Made by a program: the position numbers and the translations under genes. Positions 39,859 to 50,511 of a stretch of 64,000 nt of DNA are shown one piece after another. This DNA comes from Alphaproteobacteria bacterium BRH_c36 (lineage in GTDB: Bacteria; Pseudomonadota; Alphaproteobacteria; Rhizobiales; Hyphomicrobiaceae), in contig LOEV01000150.1 of NCBI GenBank assembly GCA_001516065.1, forward strand, positions 1,232 through 65,231. The letters are read 5' to 3'. The notes below the pieces were generated by a model, which was not told where the DNA came from, ran no database searches, and saw only the letters and a list, made by a program, of their open reading frames with translations. Every line of letters starts with the position of its first letter. Position 1 is the first letter of the stretch.

Positions 39859-41253
39859 ATGTCGGCAAAAAGAGCCGCCTGGTCGCCCGATAGCTGGAGC
39901 GCCTTGCCGATCAAGCAGGTGCCGGATTATCCCGATCCACAGGCCCTGAAGGACGTCGAAGCCAAACTTGCGACGTTCCCGCCGCTGTTGTTTGCCGGTG
40001 AGGCACGCGATCTGAAAAAGCGCCTGGCCGAAGTCGCCGAGGGCCGCCGCTTCCTGTTGCAGGGCGGCGATTGCGCGGAAAGCTTCGCCGAGCACGGACC
40101 CGACCACATCCGCGACTTCCTGCGCGTGTTCCTGCAGATGGCGGTGGTGTTGACGTATGCCGGCGGCACGCCGGTCGTCAAGGTCGGCCGGCTTGCGGGC
40201 CAGTTCGCCAAGCCGCGATCGAAGCCGACCGAGAAGATCGGCGACGTCGAGCTGCCGAGCTATCGCGGCGACATCATCAACGGCATGGAATTCACCGAGG
40301 AAGCGCGGATGCCGGATCCGCAGCGGATGCTGCAGGCCTACCGGCAATCGGCGGCGACGGCGAACCTCATTCGCGCGTTCGTGCAGGGCGGGTACGCCGA
40401 TCTCGAGCGCGTCCACCAGTGGAACATGAGCTTTGTTGCCGGTTCGCCGCAGGGGCACCGCTACGAACAACTTGCCAACAGGATCACCGAGAGCCTGTCG
40501 TTCATGCGCTCGATCGGAATCACCGGCGAAAATACGCCGCAGCTGCGCCAGACGAACTTCTTTACCAGCCACGAAGCGCTGCTGCTCGGCTATGAGCAGG
40601 CGCTGACACGGCTCGATTCGACGACGGGCGAATGGTACGCGACATCGGGGCATATGGTGTGGGTCGGCGACCGAACGCGCCAGCTTGACCATGCACACAT
40701 CGAATACGTCCGCGGTATCCGCAACCCGATCGGCCTGAAGTGCGGCCCGAGCCTCGACCCAGACGAGCTTTTGCAACTGATCGACATCATCAACCCGGAC
40801 AACGAAGCCGGCCGGCTGACGCTGATCAGCCGGTTCGGAGCGGGTAAGGTCGGGGAGCATCTGCCAAAGATGATCCGGGCCGTGCAGCGCGAAGGGCGCA
40901 AAGTGGTGTGGGTGTGCGATCCCATGCATGGCAATACGATCTCAGCAGAGAGCGGATACAAGACGCGGCCGTTCGACCGGATCCTGAGCGAGGTGCAGGA
41001 GTTCTTCGCCGTGCATCGCGCCGAAGGGACGCATCCCGGCGGCATCCATGTCGAGATGACGGGAGATAACGTCACCGAGTGCACCGGCGGAGCCACCGCA
41101 ATTTCGGATGCCGATCTCTCCGACCGATATCACACGCACTGCGACCCGCGCCTCAATGCGGATCAGTCACTGGAACTGGCGTTCCTGGTCGCCGAGTTGA
41201 TGCACAACGAGCGCGTTGCCAAGGGTGAAATTCCCGCCAGGGCATCGGCATGA
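39859..41253 (+). CDS. class II DAHP synthase
   Basis: [33 protein letters not shown]. Confidence 0.97.
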   Translation: MSAKRAAWSPDSWSALPIKQVPDYPDPQALKDVEAKLATFPPLLFAGEARDLKKRLAEVAEGRRFLLQGGDCAESFAEHGPDHIRDFLRVFLQMAVVLTYAGGTPVVKVGRLAGQFAKPRSKPTEKIGDVELPSYRGDIINGMEFTEEARMPDPQRMLQAYRQSAATANLIRAFVQGGYADLERVHQWNMSFVAGSPQGHRYEQLANRITESLSFMRSIGITGENTPQLRQTNFFTSHEALLLGYEQALTRLDSTTGEWYATSGHMVWVGDRTRQLDHAHIEYVRGIRNPIGLKCGPSLDPDELLQLIDIINPDNEAGRLTLISRFGAGKVGEHLPKMIRAVQREGRKVVWVCDPMHGNTISAESGYKTRPFDRILSEVQEFFAVHRAEGTHPGGIHVEMTGDNVTECTGGATAISDADLSDRYHTHCDPRLNADQSLELAFLVAELMHNERVAKGEIPARASA

Positions 41254-42213
41254 TTGGTGACAAGCGTCGCCCGTATTGACACGGCTGGGCGGCCGAATGC
41301 GGGAGATTTGGCACTCATGGATACGGTCAGCCCTGCCATCACACCATTGCCAGCGGACCAACGCAAACCGGGCGCACTTGATACGGGAAATTGGCCGATG
41401 CCCGTCGAGGAATTCCTGCGCGGGACATACCTCAACCGGGCCGACGTCGTGCTGATGCGCAAGGAGCGCGACATGCGATCGTGGCTGATCCGCTGGGCGA
41501 CACGGGGGTCGTTTTCGCATGCTGCATTGATATTCCTGGTTCCGCATCAAGAGCAGGGCTTCAACAACACCTTCGTTATCGAAAGCGTCTCGAGGGGCGT
41601 CGATCTACAGAATCTAGGGAGCTACCTGCGCGACAAGCATCAGGTGGTTGGCATCAAGCGGCTGCGAGGTACGTGGTTCGATGAGCGTGCGCAGTCGCTG
41701 GTGCGCGGCCGGATACTGAACTCCATTCAATCAACTTATTCGTACGCAACGGCGTTCAGGCTCTGCTGGGCGTTTCTCGGCGAGATCGCTTTCGGCCTCA
41801 AGGCGCGCATGTGGGGCACGCGACGCGCACTCAAGGGTCACCGGCGCCGGGCGCTGAAGCCGCCGAACGCATTCATCTGTTCGGGGCTCGTGCAGCTTGG
41901 CTATCTCAATGCCATCGCCGAGCAGGTTGCGATGGGCTATCTCCTGCCGCAGCGAGTCGGGGATGTGGTGTTTCAAACGGATGTTGCGAGCTTTCTTCCC
42001 GATGACTGGTCGCGTTTCTCGGATGCCGAGCAATACGAGATCATGTGGGATTTCGTGACGGGGTTCCAGGACGTGCTCGAAGCCGTGACGCCGGAAGACC
42101 TTGCCGTTTCACCCCACCTTGAATGGGTCTATGTCATCCGCGAGGGTTTTGCCCATCCCGTGCGCTCCGCGGAGCACGCCCGCGAACTTCTGGACTGGCA
42201 GCCAGAGCGCTGA
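41254..42213 (+). CDS. permuted papain-like NlpC/P60 (YiiX/YebB-like) hydrolase
   Basis: ADVVL...FSHAALI (His first)...FICSGLV (Cys later); start uncertain. Confidence 0.75.
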   Translation: MVTSVARIDTAGRPNAGDLALMDTVSPAITPLPADQRKPGALDTGNWPMPVEEFLRGTYLNRADVVLMRKERDMRSWLIRWATRGSFSHAALIFLVPHQEQGFNNTFVIESVSRGVDLQNLGSYLRDKHQVVGIKRLRGTWFDERAQSLVRGRILNSIQSTYSYATAFRLCWAFLGEIAFGLKARMWGTRRALKGHRRRALKPPNAFICSGLVQLGYLNAIAEQVAMGYLLPQRVGDVVFQTDVASFLPDDWSRFSDAEQYEIMWDFVTGFQDVLEAVTPEDLAVSPHLEWVYVIREGFAHPVRSAEHARELLDWQPER

Positions 42214-42226
42214 CTGTGCCGGTGCG

Positions 42227-42359
42227 TCACTGTTCCAACTCTGATGCTTGGTTTCTAAGTGCCTCCGCCGTAAGACTAACCAACTCTACGTTTGAGTTCT
42301 GGATTGGCTGACGTATGAAGACCTTCGCCGGGGATTAAGCGTTAGATCCGGAACATCAG
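42227..42359. repeat. ~130-bp intergenic repeat with terminal inverted repeats (copy E)
   Basis: aligns with 54639-54767. Confidence 0.8.
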
Positions 42360-42449
42360 ATCTGGTCTTTCTGACTGTTGCCCTGAGGGCGGTCTCGCGG
42401 ATAATGGCCGGCTTCGCAACAACCTCATCACGAACAGGCCGAAGCCTCC

Positions 42450-44177
42450 ATGAAAATCGCGATAGCGCAACTCAATCCGACAGTCGGCGACCTCGAGGGC
42501 AACGCCGCAAAGGCTCTGCAGGCCCGAGAGGATGCCGGGCTGATGGGCGCCGATCTGGTGGTGTACCCGGAGTTGTTCCTGGCGGGTTATCCGCCCGAAG
42601 ACCTGGTGATGAAGCCGTCCTTCCAGCGGGCGAGCCGGGAAACGGTGATGAAGCTTGCCGCCGCGACGGCAGGCGTTCCCGGGCCTGCGCTTCTCATCGG
42701 CACGGTCTGGCCGGAAGACAACAAGGTCTATAACGCCGTCGCGCTGATCGATGGCGGTGAAGTTTGCGCACTTCGCTTCAAGGTCGAGTTGCCCAACTAC
42801 GGCGTGTTTGATGAGAAGCGCGTGTTTGCCGCCGGCCCGATGCCGGGGCCGGTCAATTTTCGCGGGATGCGCATCGGCGTACCGATCTGCGAAGACATCT
42901 GGATCGAGGATGTCGTGGAGTGCCTGGCGGAGTGCGGGGCCGACATCATCATCGTGCCGAACGGCTCTCCGTTCGATTGGACGAAGCCGGACCTGCGCCT
43001 CAACATGGCGGTGGCGCGCATCACCGAAAACGATCTGCCGCTGATGTACGTCAACCAGGTCGGCGGGCAGGACGAACTCGTGTTCGACGGGGCCTCGTTC
43101 GTGCTCAACGCGGACCGGCATCTGGCGGTGCAGCTTCCCGGCTGGTGCGAGGCGATCCAGGTCACCGAATGGGAGCAGGGCGCGGACGGCTGGCAGTGCC
43201 GCCAAGGTGAGCGAGCGAAACTCAGCGAGGGCGATGAAGCCGCCTACGCGGCGTGCGTGCTGGGTCTTCGCGACTACGTGGACAAGAACGGTTTCGCGAG
43301 TGTCGTGATGGGCCTGTCGGGTGGCATCGATTCAGCGCTCGTGGCGGCGATGGCTGTGGATGCGCTGGGGCCGGAGCGGGTGCATTGCGTCATGCTGCCC
43401 TACCGGTATACCTCGCCGGAAAGTCTCAGTGACGCTGCTGCCTGCGCTGAAGCGCTGGGTGTGCGCTACGACATCGTGGAAATTGCACCTGTTGTCGAGG
43501 GCTTCCTGTCGTCGTTGTCAGGCCTGTTTGAGGGGCTTGAACCCGACGTCACGGAAGAAAACATCCAGAGCCGGGCGCGCGGCACGATCCTGATGGCGTT
43601 GTCGAACAAGTTCGGATCGATGGTTCTGACGACCGGCAACAAGTCGGAAATGTCGGTCGGCTATGCGACGCTCTACGGCGACATGAACGGCGGCTACAAC
43701 CCGGTCAAAGATCTCTACAAGACGGAAGTCTATCGCATCGCGCGGTGGCGCAACGCGCATGTAATCACCGGGGGCAAGGGGCCGTCGGGTATCGTGATCC
43801 CTTCGAATATTCTGTCGAAAGCGCCGAGCGCCGAACTGCGCGAGAACCAAACGGACCAGGACAGCCTGCCGCCCTACGATGTGCTCGACGACATCCTCGC
43901 CTGCCTCGTGGAGAGGGAGATGCCGGTCTCGGAAATCGTCACGCGCGGCCACGACATAGAAACCATCAAGAAGGTCGAGCGGCTCTTGTACATCTCGGAA
44001 TACAAGCGGCGGCAGTCGGCGCCCGGCGTGAAGATCTCGGCGCGCAATTTCGGCCGTGACCGGCGCTATCCCATCACCAATCGCTACCGCGACGCGCATC
44101 TTCCCGGCGAACTGCCGCCGCTCAGTGGCGACGCGCCGAAGATGGTCGCGCCGAGGGTAGAGGGCGACCCGGGGTAA
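42450..44177 (+). CDS. nadE: glutamine-dependent NAD+ synthetase
   Basis: nitrilase domain (ICEDIW) plus GLSGGIDSA, TGNKSE, PSAELR. Confidence 0.97.
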   Translation: MKIAIAQLNPTVGDLEGNAAKALQAREDAGLMGADLVVYPELFLAGYPPEDLVMKPSFQRASRETVMKLAAATAGVPGPALLIGTVWPEDNKVYNAVALIDGGEVCALRFKVELPNYGVFDEKRVFAAGPMPGPVNFRGMRIGVPICEDIWIEDVVECLAECGADIIIVPNGSPFDWTKPDLRLNMAVARITENDLPLMYVNQVGGQDELVFDGASFVLNADRHLAVQLPGWCEAIQVTEWEQGADGWQCRQGERAKLSEGDEAAYAACVLGLRDYVDKNGFASVVMGLSGGIDSALVAAMAVDALGPERVHCVMLPYRYTSPESLSDAAACAEALGVRYDIVEIAPVVEGFLSSLSGLFEGLEPDVTEENIQSRARGTILMALSNKFGSMVLTTGNKSEMSVGYATLYGDMNGGYNPVKDLYKTEVYRIARWRNAHVITGGKGPSGIVIPSNILSKAPSAELRENQTDQDSLPPYDVLDDILACLVEREMPVSEIVTRGHDIETIKKVERLLYISEYKRRQSAPGVKISARNFGRDRRYPITNRYRDAHLPGELPPLSGDAPKMVAPRVEGDPG

Positions 44178-44518
44178 GTTGCTGGTGGTTGCGGCTGCTC
44201 GAATTGGACCTCGTCTGCCTGGGTTCGCATAGGTCGAGTTGGTGAAGGAGGCTGTGGGCCCAGAAGCTACCTTTGCAGGCAAAGCGATTGAGACGTGCCG
44301 AATGACCGCTCATTCGTGACAAACGAGCAGGGGCGTAATCGCGTTTTCGCAGTTAGCGCTTTTTCGGCTGCCCTACTCTCCAACATCGATACCAACCCTG
44401 CAACTCGAACCGGAATGAGGGCGGCCGAATACGAGGCCGCCGCTTGCGACAATTGTCGCGGCGTTGCCTTGTCCGCGACCACTCTTAAATGGGGCCCGTA
44501 CCGGCTCACTGTCGCTCA

Positions 44519-44532
44519 TTGATTGACATCAA
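44519..44532. promoter_or_regulatory. FNR/FixK box
   Basis: TTGATTGACATCAA, a perfect TTGAT-N4-ATCAA, upstream of the HTH/Usp cluster. Confidence 0.85.
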
Positions 44533-44588
44533 AATACGTCAACCTACATCAGGGCATATTGGGCCATGAAATCCATAGTGAGACACGC

Positions 44589-44810
44589 GTGCTCAGCCGA
44601 CCGCTCATGACGACCCAGGAAGTCGCTGATCTTCTAAAGGTCAAGGAAGCCACGGTCCGCAAGTGGATCAGGGATGGCGAATTGCCTGCCATCCATCTCC
44701 ACCGGGAATGGCGTATTGCCGTACGCCATCTAGAGGAGTTCGTCGCGGCGCGCCTGACGACCGACGGCAACGGCCAGCCATCACGAGAAGACGCCGATGC
44801 CGACCCGTAA
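44589..44810 (+). CDS. excisionase-like HTH_17 DNA-binding protein
   Basis: LMTTQEVADLLKVKEATVRKWIRDGELPA...WRI; start GTG 44589 or ATG 44607. Confidence 0.85.
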   Translation: MLSRPLMTTQEVADLLKVKEATVRKWIRDGELPAIHLHREWRIAVRHLEEFVAARLTTDGNGQPSREDADADP

Positions 44811-44903
44811 TTCATCAGACCGACGAGGTCCAGAGCCGACATTGACGGGACCGGTTTGTTGTGGCCAAGGGTTCGAAGCCTTGCGCAGATCGTGGAGGCC
44901 CCT

Positions 44904-45755
44904 TTGAAGAGGATCTTGATGGCGAGCGACCTGTCGGCGCGTTCCGACCGGGCGCTGCAACGAGCCGTTTCACTCGCTCATGATTTCCACGCCGAGCTGA
45001 CCGTCGTGAATGTTGCCGACGATTCGCTGCCCCAGCCGATCGTCGAGAGGCATGTGGAGGAGGCACGCGACATTTTGCGCGAACAGATCGCGTCGCTGCC
45101 GTTGGCCAGCCAGACCGGGATCGAAACGCTCGTTGCCAAAGGCCACGATTACCGGGAAATCATTGCGCTGGCCGAGGATAAGGGCGCAGAACTGATCGTT
45201 CTTGGCATTCATCGACACGACACGCGCGCGGCCTTCCGCGGGACCGCCGTCGAGCGCGTCATTCGGTTTGGCGTCATCCCGGTCCTCGTCGTCAAGGACG
45301 CTGTGATCAGACCCTACCGGCGAGCACTCGTCGCCACCGATCTCTCCATTCACTCGCGAGCGGCGATGCGGCTGGCGGCGAGGTTGGTGCTGCGTGGGGA
45401 GTTGCATCTAGTGCATGCCGTTGACCTCCCGTTCAAGACCTTCCTCGATCGTCCGGGCCAGCAGCGATATATCCGCAGCGCACAGACAAAATTTTCCGAA
45501 CTCGTGGAGCAGGATCTTGCGCAACTGCGAGCAGAACTTGGCGAGGCGATGCCGCGTCCTGTGGTCGGCGTGCTTGAGGGGGACACACGCGAAATCGTTC
45601 GCCAGGAGATTGGGAGATTGCAGCCCGATATCCTCGCTGTCGGAACGCATGGAAGAACGGGACTCGAGCACATGGTGCTTGGCAGCGTCGCTGAGGATCT
45701 CCTGGCCGACGCGCCGCTCGATGTCCTGGCGGTAAAGGCTCTCGATGGGCGATGA
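44904..45755 (+). CDS. universal stress protein (tandem Usp domains)
   Basis: RILMASDLS, GTHGRTG...LGSVAE; TTG start after GGAGG. Confidence 0.92.
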   Translation: MKRILMASDLSARSDRALQRAVSLAHDFHAELTVVNVADDSLPQPIVERHVEEARDILREQIASLPLASQTGIETLVAKGHDYREIIALAEDKGAELIVLGIHRHDTRAAFRGTAVERVIRFGVIPVLVVKDAVIRPYRRALVATDLSIHSRAAMRLAARLVLRGELHLVHAVDLPFKTFLDRPGQQRYIRSAQTKFSELVEQDLAQLRAELGEAMPRPVVGVLEGDTREIVRQEIGRLQPDILAVGTHGRTGLEHMVLGSVAEDLLADAPLDVLAVKALDGR

Positions 45756-45830
45756 CCGGAACAACTCCAATACGCTGCAAGCGGCCGCTTGCGCGATAAA
45801 GCCCCTTATATCCAGTCCGGGAGTGTCTTG

Positions 45831-46673
45831 ATGAAGCGAATATTGATGGCCAACGATCTGTCGGCGCGCTCCGATCGCGCCTTGCGACGGGCTGTATCAC
45901 TGGCAAAGGAGTTCGACGCCGAACTCGAGGTCGTTACCGTCATTGACGAGATGCTTCTCGAGGCTTCGACGAGCAAGAACAAGCTTCTTGCCGAGCAGGC
46001 TCTCACTGCACAGCTTTCAGCGGTACCGGATGGCGATGGCGTGCGAGCTTCTCAGCGCGTAATGGTCGGTCTCGACTACGAGGACATTATCCGTCGATCT
46101 GTAGAGTTCGATGCCGACCTCGTCGTGCTCGGCATTCACCGCCACAAGACAAAGGAGTTGTTCCGGGGGACGACCGCAGAGCGGGTGGTCCGCTATGGCG
46201 TCCGGCCGGTGCTTGTCGTCAACGATACCGTGACCGGCCCCTATCGCCGTGTGGTGGTAGCGAGCGACTTGTCGGCGCACGCCGAGGCCGCTGCCAGAAC
46301 GGCCGCGCGACTTGTACCACTTGGCGAGGTAATCCTCGTGCACGCCGTCCATCGACCGTACGTCGCCTTCCTCGGTCGAGGCGACCAGAATTCGTTGATG
46401 GCAGAGCACAGGAACGAGGTTGCGGCCACGCTGCACGAGATGATCGACCGCCTCTCGGCCGAACTTGGAAATCGCACGCCGAAATTCGAACTCAGCTTGC
46501 CTGAAGGTGAGGTCCATGGAGCGATTCAAGCAGAGGTCGCAAAGTATAAACCGGATCTTCTTGCTGTGGGGACGCATGGCCGAACCGGCATTGCCCACAC
46601 GGTCATCGGCAGCATCGCCGAGCAGGTCCTGGCCGACTGCCCGATCGACGTGCTGGCGGTTAAATGTGACTGA
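45831..46673 (+). CDS. universal stress protein (tandem Usp domains), paralog of the preceding gene
   Basis: RILMANDLSARSDRAL, GTHGRTG...IGSIAE. Confidence 0.92.
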   Translation: MKRILMANDLSARSDRALRRAVSLAKEFDAELEVVTVIDEMLLEASTSKNKLLAEQALTAQLSAVPDGDGVRASQRVMVGLDYEDIIRRSVEFDADLVVLGIHRHKTKELFRGTTAERVVRYGVRPVLVVNDTVTGPYRRVVVASDLSAHAEAAARTAARLVPLGEVILVHAVHRPYVAFLGRGDQNSLMAEHRNEVAATLHEMIDRLSAELGNRTPKFELSLPEGEVHGAIQAEVAKYKPDLLAVGTHGRTGIAHTVIGSIAEQVLADCPIDVLAVKCD

Positions 46674-46811
46674 TAAAACCCATGCCCGGAGCATCGATGG
46701 GCGGCGTGCGAGTTGCATGAAATGACCAGCTAAAATCACCAGAAGCCGGCCGACCGTGCATGCAGGGCAGTTCCCTACCTACAGCGTCGGCTCAATCCAA
46801 AGGACACAACG

Positions 46812-47249
46812 ATGTACAAGAGAATTCTCGTGGCGACAGACGGCTCGGAACTGGCGACACGCGCCGCCAAGCACGGTCTCTCGCTAGCCAAATCCCTCGG
46901 GGCAGAAGTCATTGCGCTTTACGTAGTAAAGCCCATGGCGGTCGACATGCCCGCGGAAGTGTTGATCCCCGTTCCTGAGGAGGAGTACCAGAGAAGTGCC
47001 GAAAAGTTCGCGAGTCAGGCTCTGGAAGCAGTGAAACAATCTGCCGATGAACTTGGCATTTCCTGCGAAACGCGCTCGGTTGAAAATCTTCGCCCTTGGC
47101 AGGCAATCACGGAGACAGCAAGCAATGAAGAGTGTGAATTGATCGTCATGGGTTCGCACGGGCGTACCGGTCTGATGGGTCTCGTCCTTGGCAGCGAAAT
47201 ACAAAAAGTGCTCGCTCATAGCAGTGTCCCTGTCATGGTTCACCGGTGA
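46812..47249 (+). CDS. universal stress protein (single domain)
   Basis: YKRILVATDGS, MGSHGRTG...LGSE. Confidence 0.95.
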   Translation: MYKRILVATDGSELATRAAKHGLSLAKSLGAEVIALYVVKPMAVDMPAEVLIPVPEEEYQRSAEKFASQALEAVKQSADELGISCETRSVENLRPWQAITETASNEECELIVMGSHGRTGLMGLVLGSEIQKVLAHSSVPVMVHR

Positions 47250-47403
47250 AATAGAACGATCGGAGGCTTCAAATGAATGGGAGGCCCAGCAATTCCATCG
47301 GCGCCGCACGGGTGTGCTCCCGGCGGGTTTCTCGTTTGGTATTGATCCGCTTACCTGATCGGCTCCGAGGGAGACGGAATCCTCCTCCGGACGATTTCGC
47401 TTC

Positions 47404-50400
47404 ATGATCCGGAGCTGGGCTTTCAAGATCGGCGGCACGACCTCGCTCGGGTTGGGGCTCTTCTTCTTTCCCCTGCCAACGCCCTTCGGACTGCCGCTCA
47501 TCATACTCGGCGCGACGCTTCTACTGGTGGGCAGCCAAAGCGTTCGACGATGGTTCAAGCACTTGCGCGAACGAAACCGGTTTATGAGCGATCGTCTCCA
47601 GCAGTTTGAACCGTTGCTGCCCGCAAAGCTGCGGCGGCTCCTGAGACTTACGCGTCCGAAACAGATCCCCTATCGGGATAATGCTCGCGGAATTCCCATG
47701 CCCCATCCTTCAGTGACAGATGACCCAGACGCCATGCATAAATCATCAGTCGGCGAGGTCGGCATCGGCGGTGCGGCGTCGCGCCATTCCAGCGGCTTGC
47801 ATGCCCGTAGTGTCGAAGAGGCTCTCGGCGAGCTGGGAGCGACTCCTAGCGGCCTTTCCGGCGAAGAGGCCTCGCGCCGTCTGGACGCCCACGGGCGCAA
47901 TGCGCTGCCGGCTGCCGAGCCGAAACCTGCATGGCTGCGGTTTACCGAGCAGTTCAACAACCTCCTGATCTACGTTCTGCTTGCCGCCGCGGCCGTCACC
48001 GCAGCACTTGGTCACCCAATCGACACCGGTGTGATCCTTGGCGTCGTCGTGATCAACGCGGTGATCGGCTACATCCAGGAGGGAAGAGCCGAAGCCGCGC
48101 TCGAGGCGATCAAGAACATGATCAGCCCGCGGGCATCGGTCCTGCGCAACGGGCAGCGGCTGACGATTGAGGCAGCAGAAGTGGTGCCGGGCGACATCCT
48201 GCTCATCGAGGCCGGCGATCGCGTCGCGGCTGACGTGCGGCTCGTCAAGGCGAGAAACCTCAGCATCGACGAGGCGATCCTGACGGGGGAATCCGTTGCG
48301 GTTGAGAAGCAGACTGCGGCCGTGGCGGCGGATGCCCCGCTCGGCGACCGCCGTTGCATGGCCTTCTCGGGAACACTTGTCACATCGGGTCAGGGAACAG
48401 GTCTCGTTGTCGCTACGGGTTCGCACTCCGAACTCGGCCGCATCAGTGGTCTACTGAGCCGGGTCGAGAGGCTTGAGACGCCGCTGATCCGCCAAATGAA
48501 CGCGTTCGCCCGCCAGCTCACGCTCATCGTCCTGGGGCTTGCCGCGGTCACGTTCGTGTTCGCCGTCCTGGTGCGCGGCTATGCCTTGACGGATGCCTTC
48601 ATGGCCATGGTCGGCATGGCCGTCGCCGCGATACCCGAGGGCCTACCGGCGGTTATGACCATCACACTCGCGATCGGGGTGCAGCGCATGGCGGCGCGCA
48701 ACGCCATCATCCGCCGGCTTCCGGCAGTCGAGACGCTTGGTTCGGTGAGCGTGATCTGCTCTGACAAAACCGGAACGCTGACGCGCAACGAGATGATGGT
48801 GACAGAGGCCGTTCTCGCTTGCCACTCCTACGATATCGGAGGGGAAGGCTATGCGCCGAAAGGTGGCGTCAGCTTAGACGGCCTTGAAATCGATCCCGTC
48901 GAAAAACGCGATCTAATGGAAATCGGCCAAGCGGCTATACTCTGCAATGACGCGTCGCTGCGCCAGATCGGGGAACGCTGGATCATCGACGGCGATCCGA
49001 TGGAAGGAGCGCTCGTCGCTTTCGGCATGAAGCTCGGGCACAACCGCGTGCAGCTGAGCGGAGCTTTGCCGCGCCGGGACGAGATCCCGTTCGATGCCGC
49101 CCACCGATTCATGGCGACGCTGCACCACAGTCACAACGGTGAATTGGTCGTCTACGTCAAGGGCGCCCCCGAGCGCCTCATCGACATGTGCCGTTCCCAG
49201 GCAACAGCCACCGGCGAGGCACCTCTCGATCGAGATTGCTGGTTCAGAGCCATCCAGGATCTCGCTCGCGAGGGGAAACGTGTCCTCGCTCTCGCGCGCC
49301 GCTCCGTGCCGGCTGACACCCACACGCTGACCTTTGCCGACGTCGAGGACGGTCTGACTCTCATCGGGCTCGTGGGTCTTATCGACCCGCCGCGCGCGGA
49401 AGCGATCGATGCGGTGGGCGAATGCCGGAACGCTGGCATTGCCGTGAAGATGATCACCGGGGACCACGGCGTGACGGCCGCCGCCATTGCCGAGCAACTC
49501 GGTCTGGCGCAGGACGGACGGGTGCTGACAGGACATGACATCGACGGGCTTGACGCGCGCGCCCTGTCCGAGGCCGTGCGGACGACCAGCGTTTTCGCGA
49601 GGACAAGCCCCGAGCACAAGCTCCGACTTGTCGAGGCGCTTCAATCCGAAGGCGCGGTCATCGCGATGACCGGCGATGGCGTCAACGACGCGCCGGCCCT
49701 GAAGCGTGCAGACGTGGGCGTTGCCATGGGCGGCAACGGCACGGAAGCGGCCAAGGAAGCGTCGGAAATGGTGCTTGCCGACGACAATTTCGCCTCCATC
49801 GTTGCCGCCGTCCGCGAGGGGCGGACGGTCTACGACAATCTCACGAAGGTTATCGCCTGGACTCTTCCGACAAACGGTGGCGAAACGATCATCATCGCCG
49901 CGGCCATCCTGTTCGGCCTGACGCTGCCGATCACCCCGGTTCAGATCTTGTGGATCAACATGGTGACGGCCGTCGGGCTCGGCCTCGTCCTCGTCTTCGA
50001 GCCAGCCGAGCCCAATATCATGGCTCGTCCACCGCGGGCACCCGACGAGCCGCTCCTGTCGCCGTTCCTCATTTGGCGCGTCGGCCTCGTGTCGGTATTG
50101 TTCGCCATCGGCGCGTTCGGCATGTTCGCCTGGGCGGAGGCGCGCGGCCAATCGCACGAGTCCGCGCGAACCATCGTCGTCAACACTGTCGTCGTGATGG
50201 AAATCTTCTACCTCTTCTCGGTGCGATTTCTGCACGGCACCTCCGCAACGTGGCAGGGCGTGCTCGGCACACCGGCGGTCCTCGTGGGCGTGGGAGGCAT
50301 CATCGTCCTGCAACTCGCCTTCACCTATGTGCCATTCATGCAGACGCTGTTCGACACGCGGTCGATCGCCTTCACCGACGGCATCGCGATCATCGCAGTC

Positions 50401-50511
50401 GGGGTGGCGCTGTTCGCGATTCTCGAAGGTGAGAAGTTCGCCCGTCGCAGACTCCTGAGACGCGACTGGCTCGGCCGTGTGCTGCCGGGAAACAACAAGC
50501 AGAAGGGGTGA
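47404..50511 (+). CDS. cation-transporting P-type ATPase (type II), possibly with an N-terminal membrane-hairpin fusion
   Basis: TGES, IPEGLP, DKTGTLT, KGAPE, GDGVNDAPAL; alternative starts 47698 and 47734. Confidence 0.93.
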   Translation: MIRSWAFKIGGTTSLGLGLFFFPLPTPFGLPLIILGATLLLVGSQSVRRWFKHLRERNRFMSDRLQQFEPLLPAKLRRLLRLTRPKQIPYRDNARGIPMPHPSVTDDPDAMHKSSVGEVGIGGAASRHSSGLHARSVEEALGELGATPSGLSGEEASRRLDAHGRNALPAAEPKPAWLRFTEQFNNLLIYVLLAAAAVTAALGHPIDTGVILGVVVINAVIGYIQEGRAEAALEAIKNMISPRASVLRNGQRLTIEAAEVVPGDILLIEAGDRVAADVRLVKARNLSIDEAILTGESVAVEKQTAAVAADAPLGDRRCMAFSGTLVTSGQGTGLVVATGSHSELGRISGLLSRVERLETPLIRQMNAFARQLTLIVLGLAAVTFVFAVLVRGYALTDAFMAMVGMAVAAIPEGLPAVMTITLAIGVQRMAARNAIIRRLPAVETLGSVSVICSDKTGTLTRNEMMVTEAVLACHSYDIGGEGYAPKGGVSLDGLEIDPVEKRDLMEIGQAAILCNDASLRQIGERWIIDGDPMEGALVAFGMKLGHNRVQLSGALPRRDEIPFDAAHRFMATLHHSHNGELVVYVKGAPERLIDMCRSQATATGEAPLDRDCWFRAIQDLAREGKRVLALARRSVPADTHTLTFADVEDGLTLIGLVGLIDPPRAEAIDAVGECRNAGIAVKMITGDHGVTAAAIAEQLGLAQDGRVLTGHDIDGLDARALSEAVRTTSVFARTSPEHKLRLVEALQSEGAVIAMTGDGVNDAPALKRADVGVAMGGNGTEAAKEASEMVLADDNFASIVAAVREGRTVYDNLTKVIAWTLPTNGGETIIIAAAILFGLTLPITPVQILWINMVTAVGLGLVLVFEPAEPNIMARPPRAPDEPLLSPFLIWRVGLVSVLFAIGAFGMFAWAEARGQSHESARTIVVNTVVVMEIFYLFSVRFLHGTSATWQGVLGTPAVLVGVGGIIVLQLAFTYVPFMQTLFDTRSIAFTDGIAIIAVGVALFAILEGEKFARRRLLRRDWLGRVLPGNNKQKG

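Noticed and set aside
44178-44518. ncRNA (SRP, 6S, tRNA) after nadE
   Set aside because: No diagnostic motif or cloverleaf recognisable by eye.
44589-44810. Prophage or ICE implied by the excisionase-like HTH
   Set aside because: No integrase, tRNA target, att repeats or phage genes nearby.
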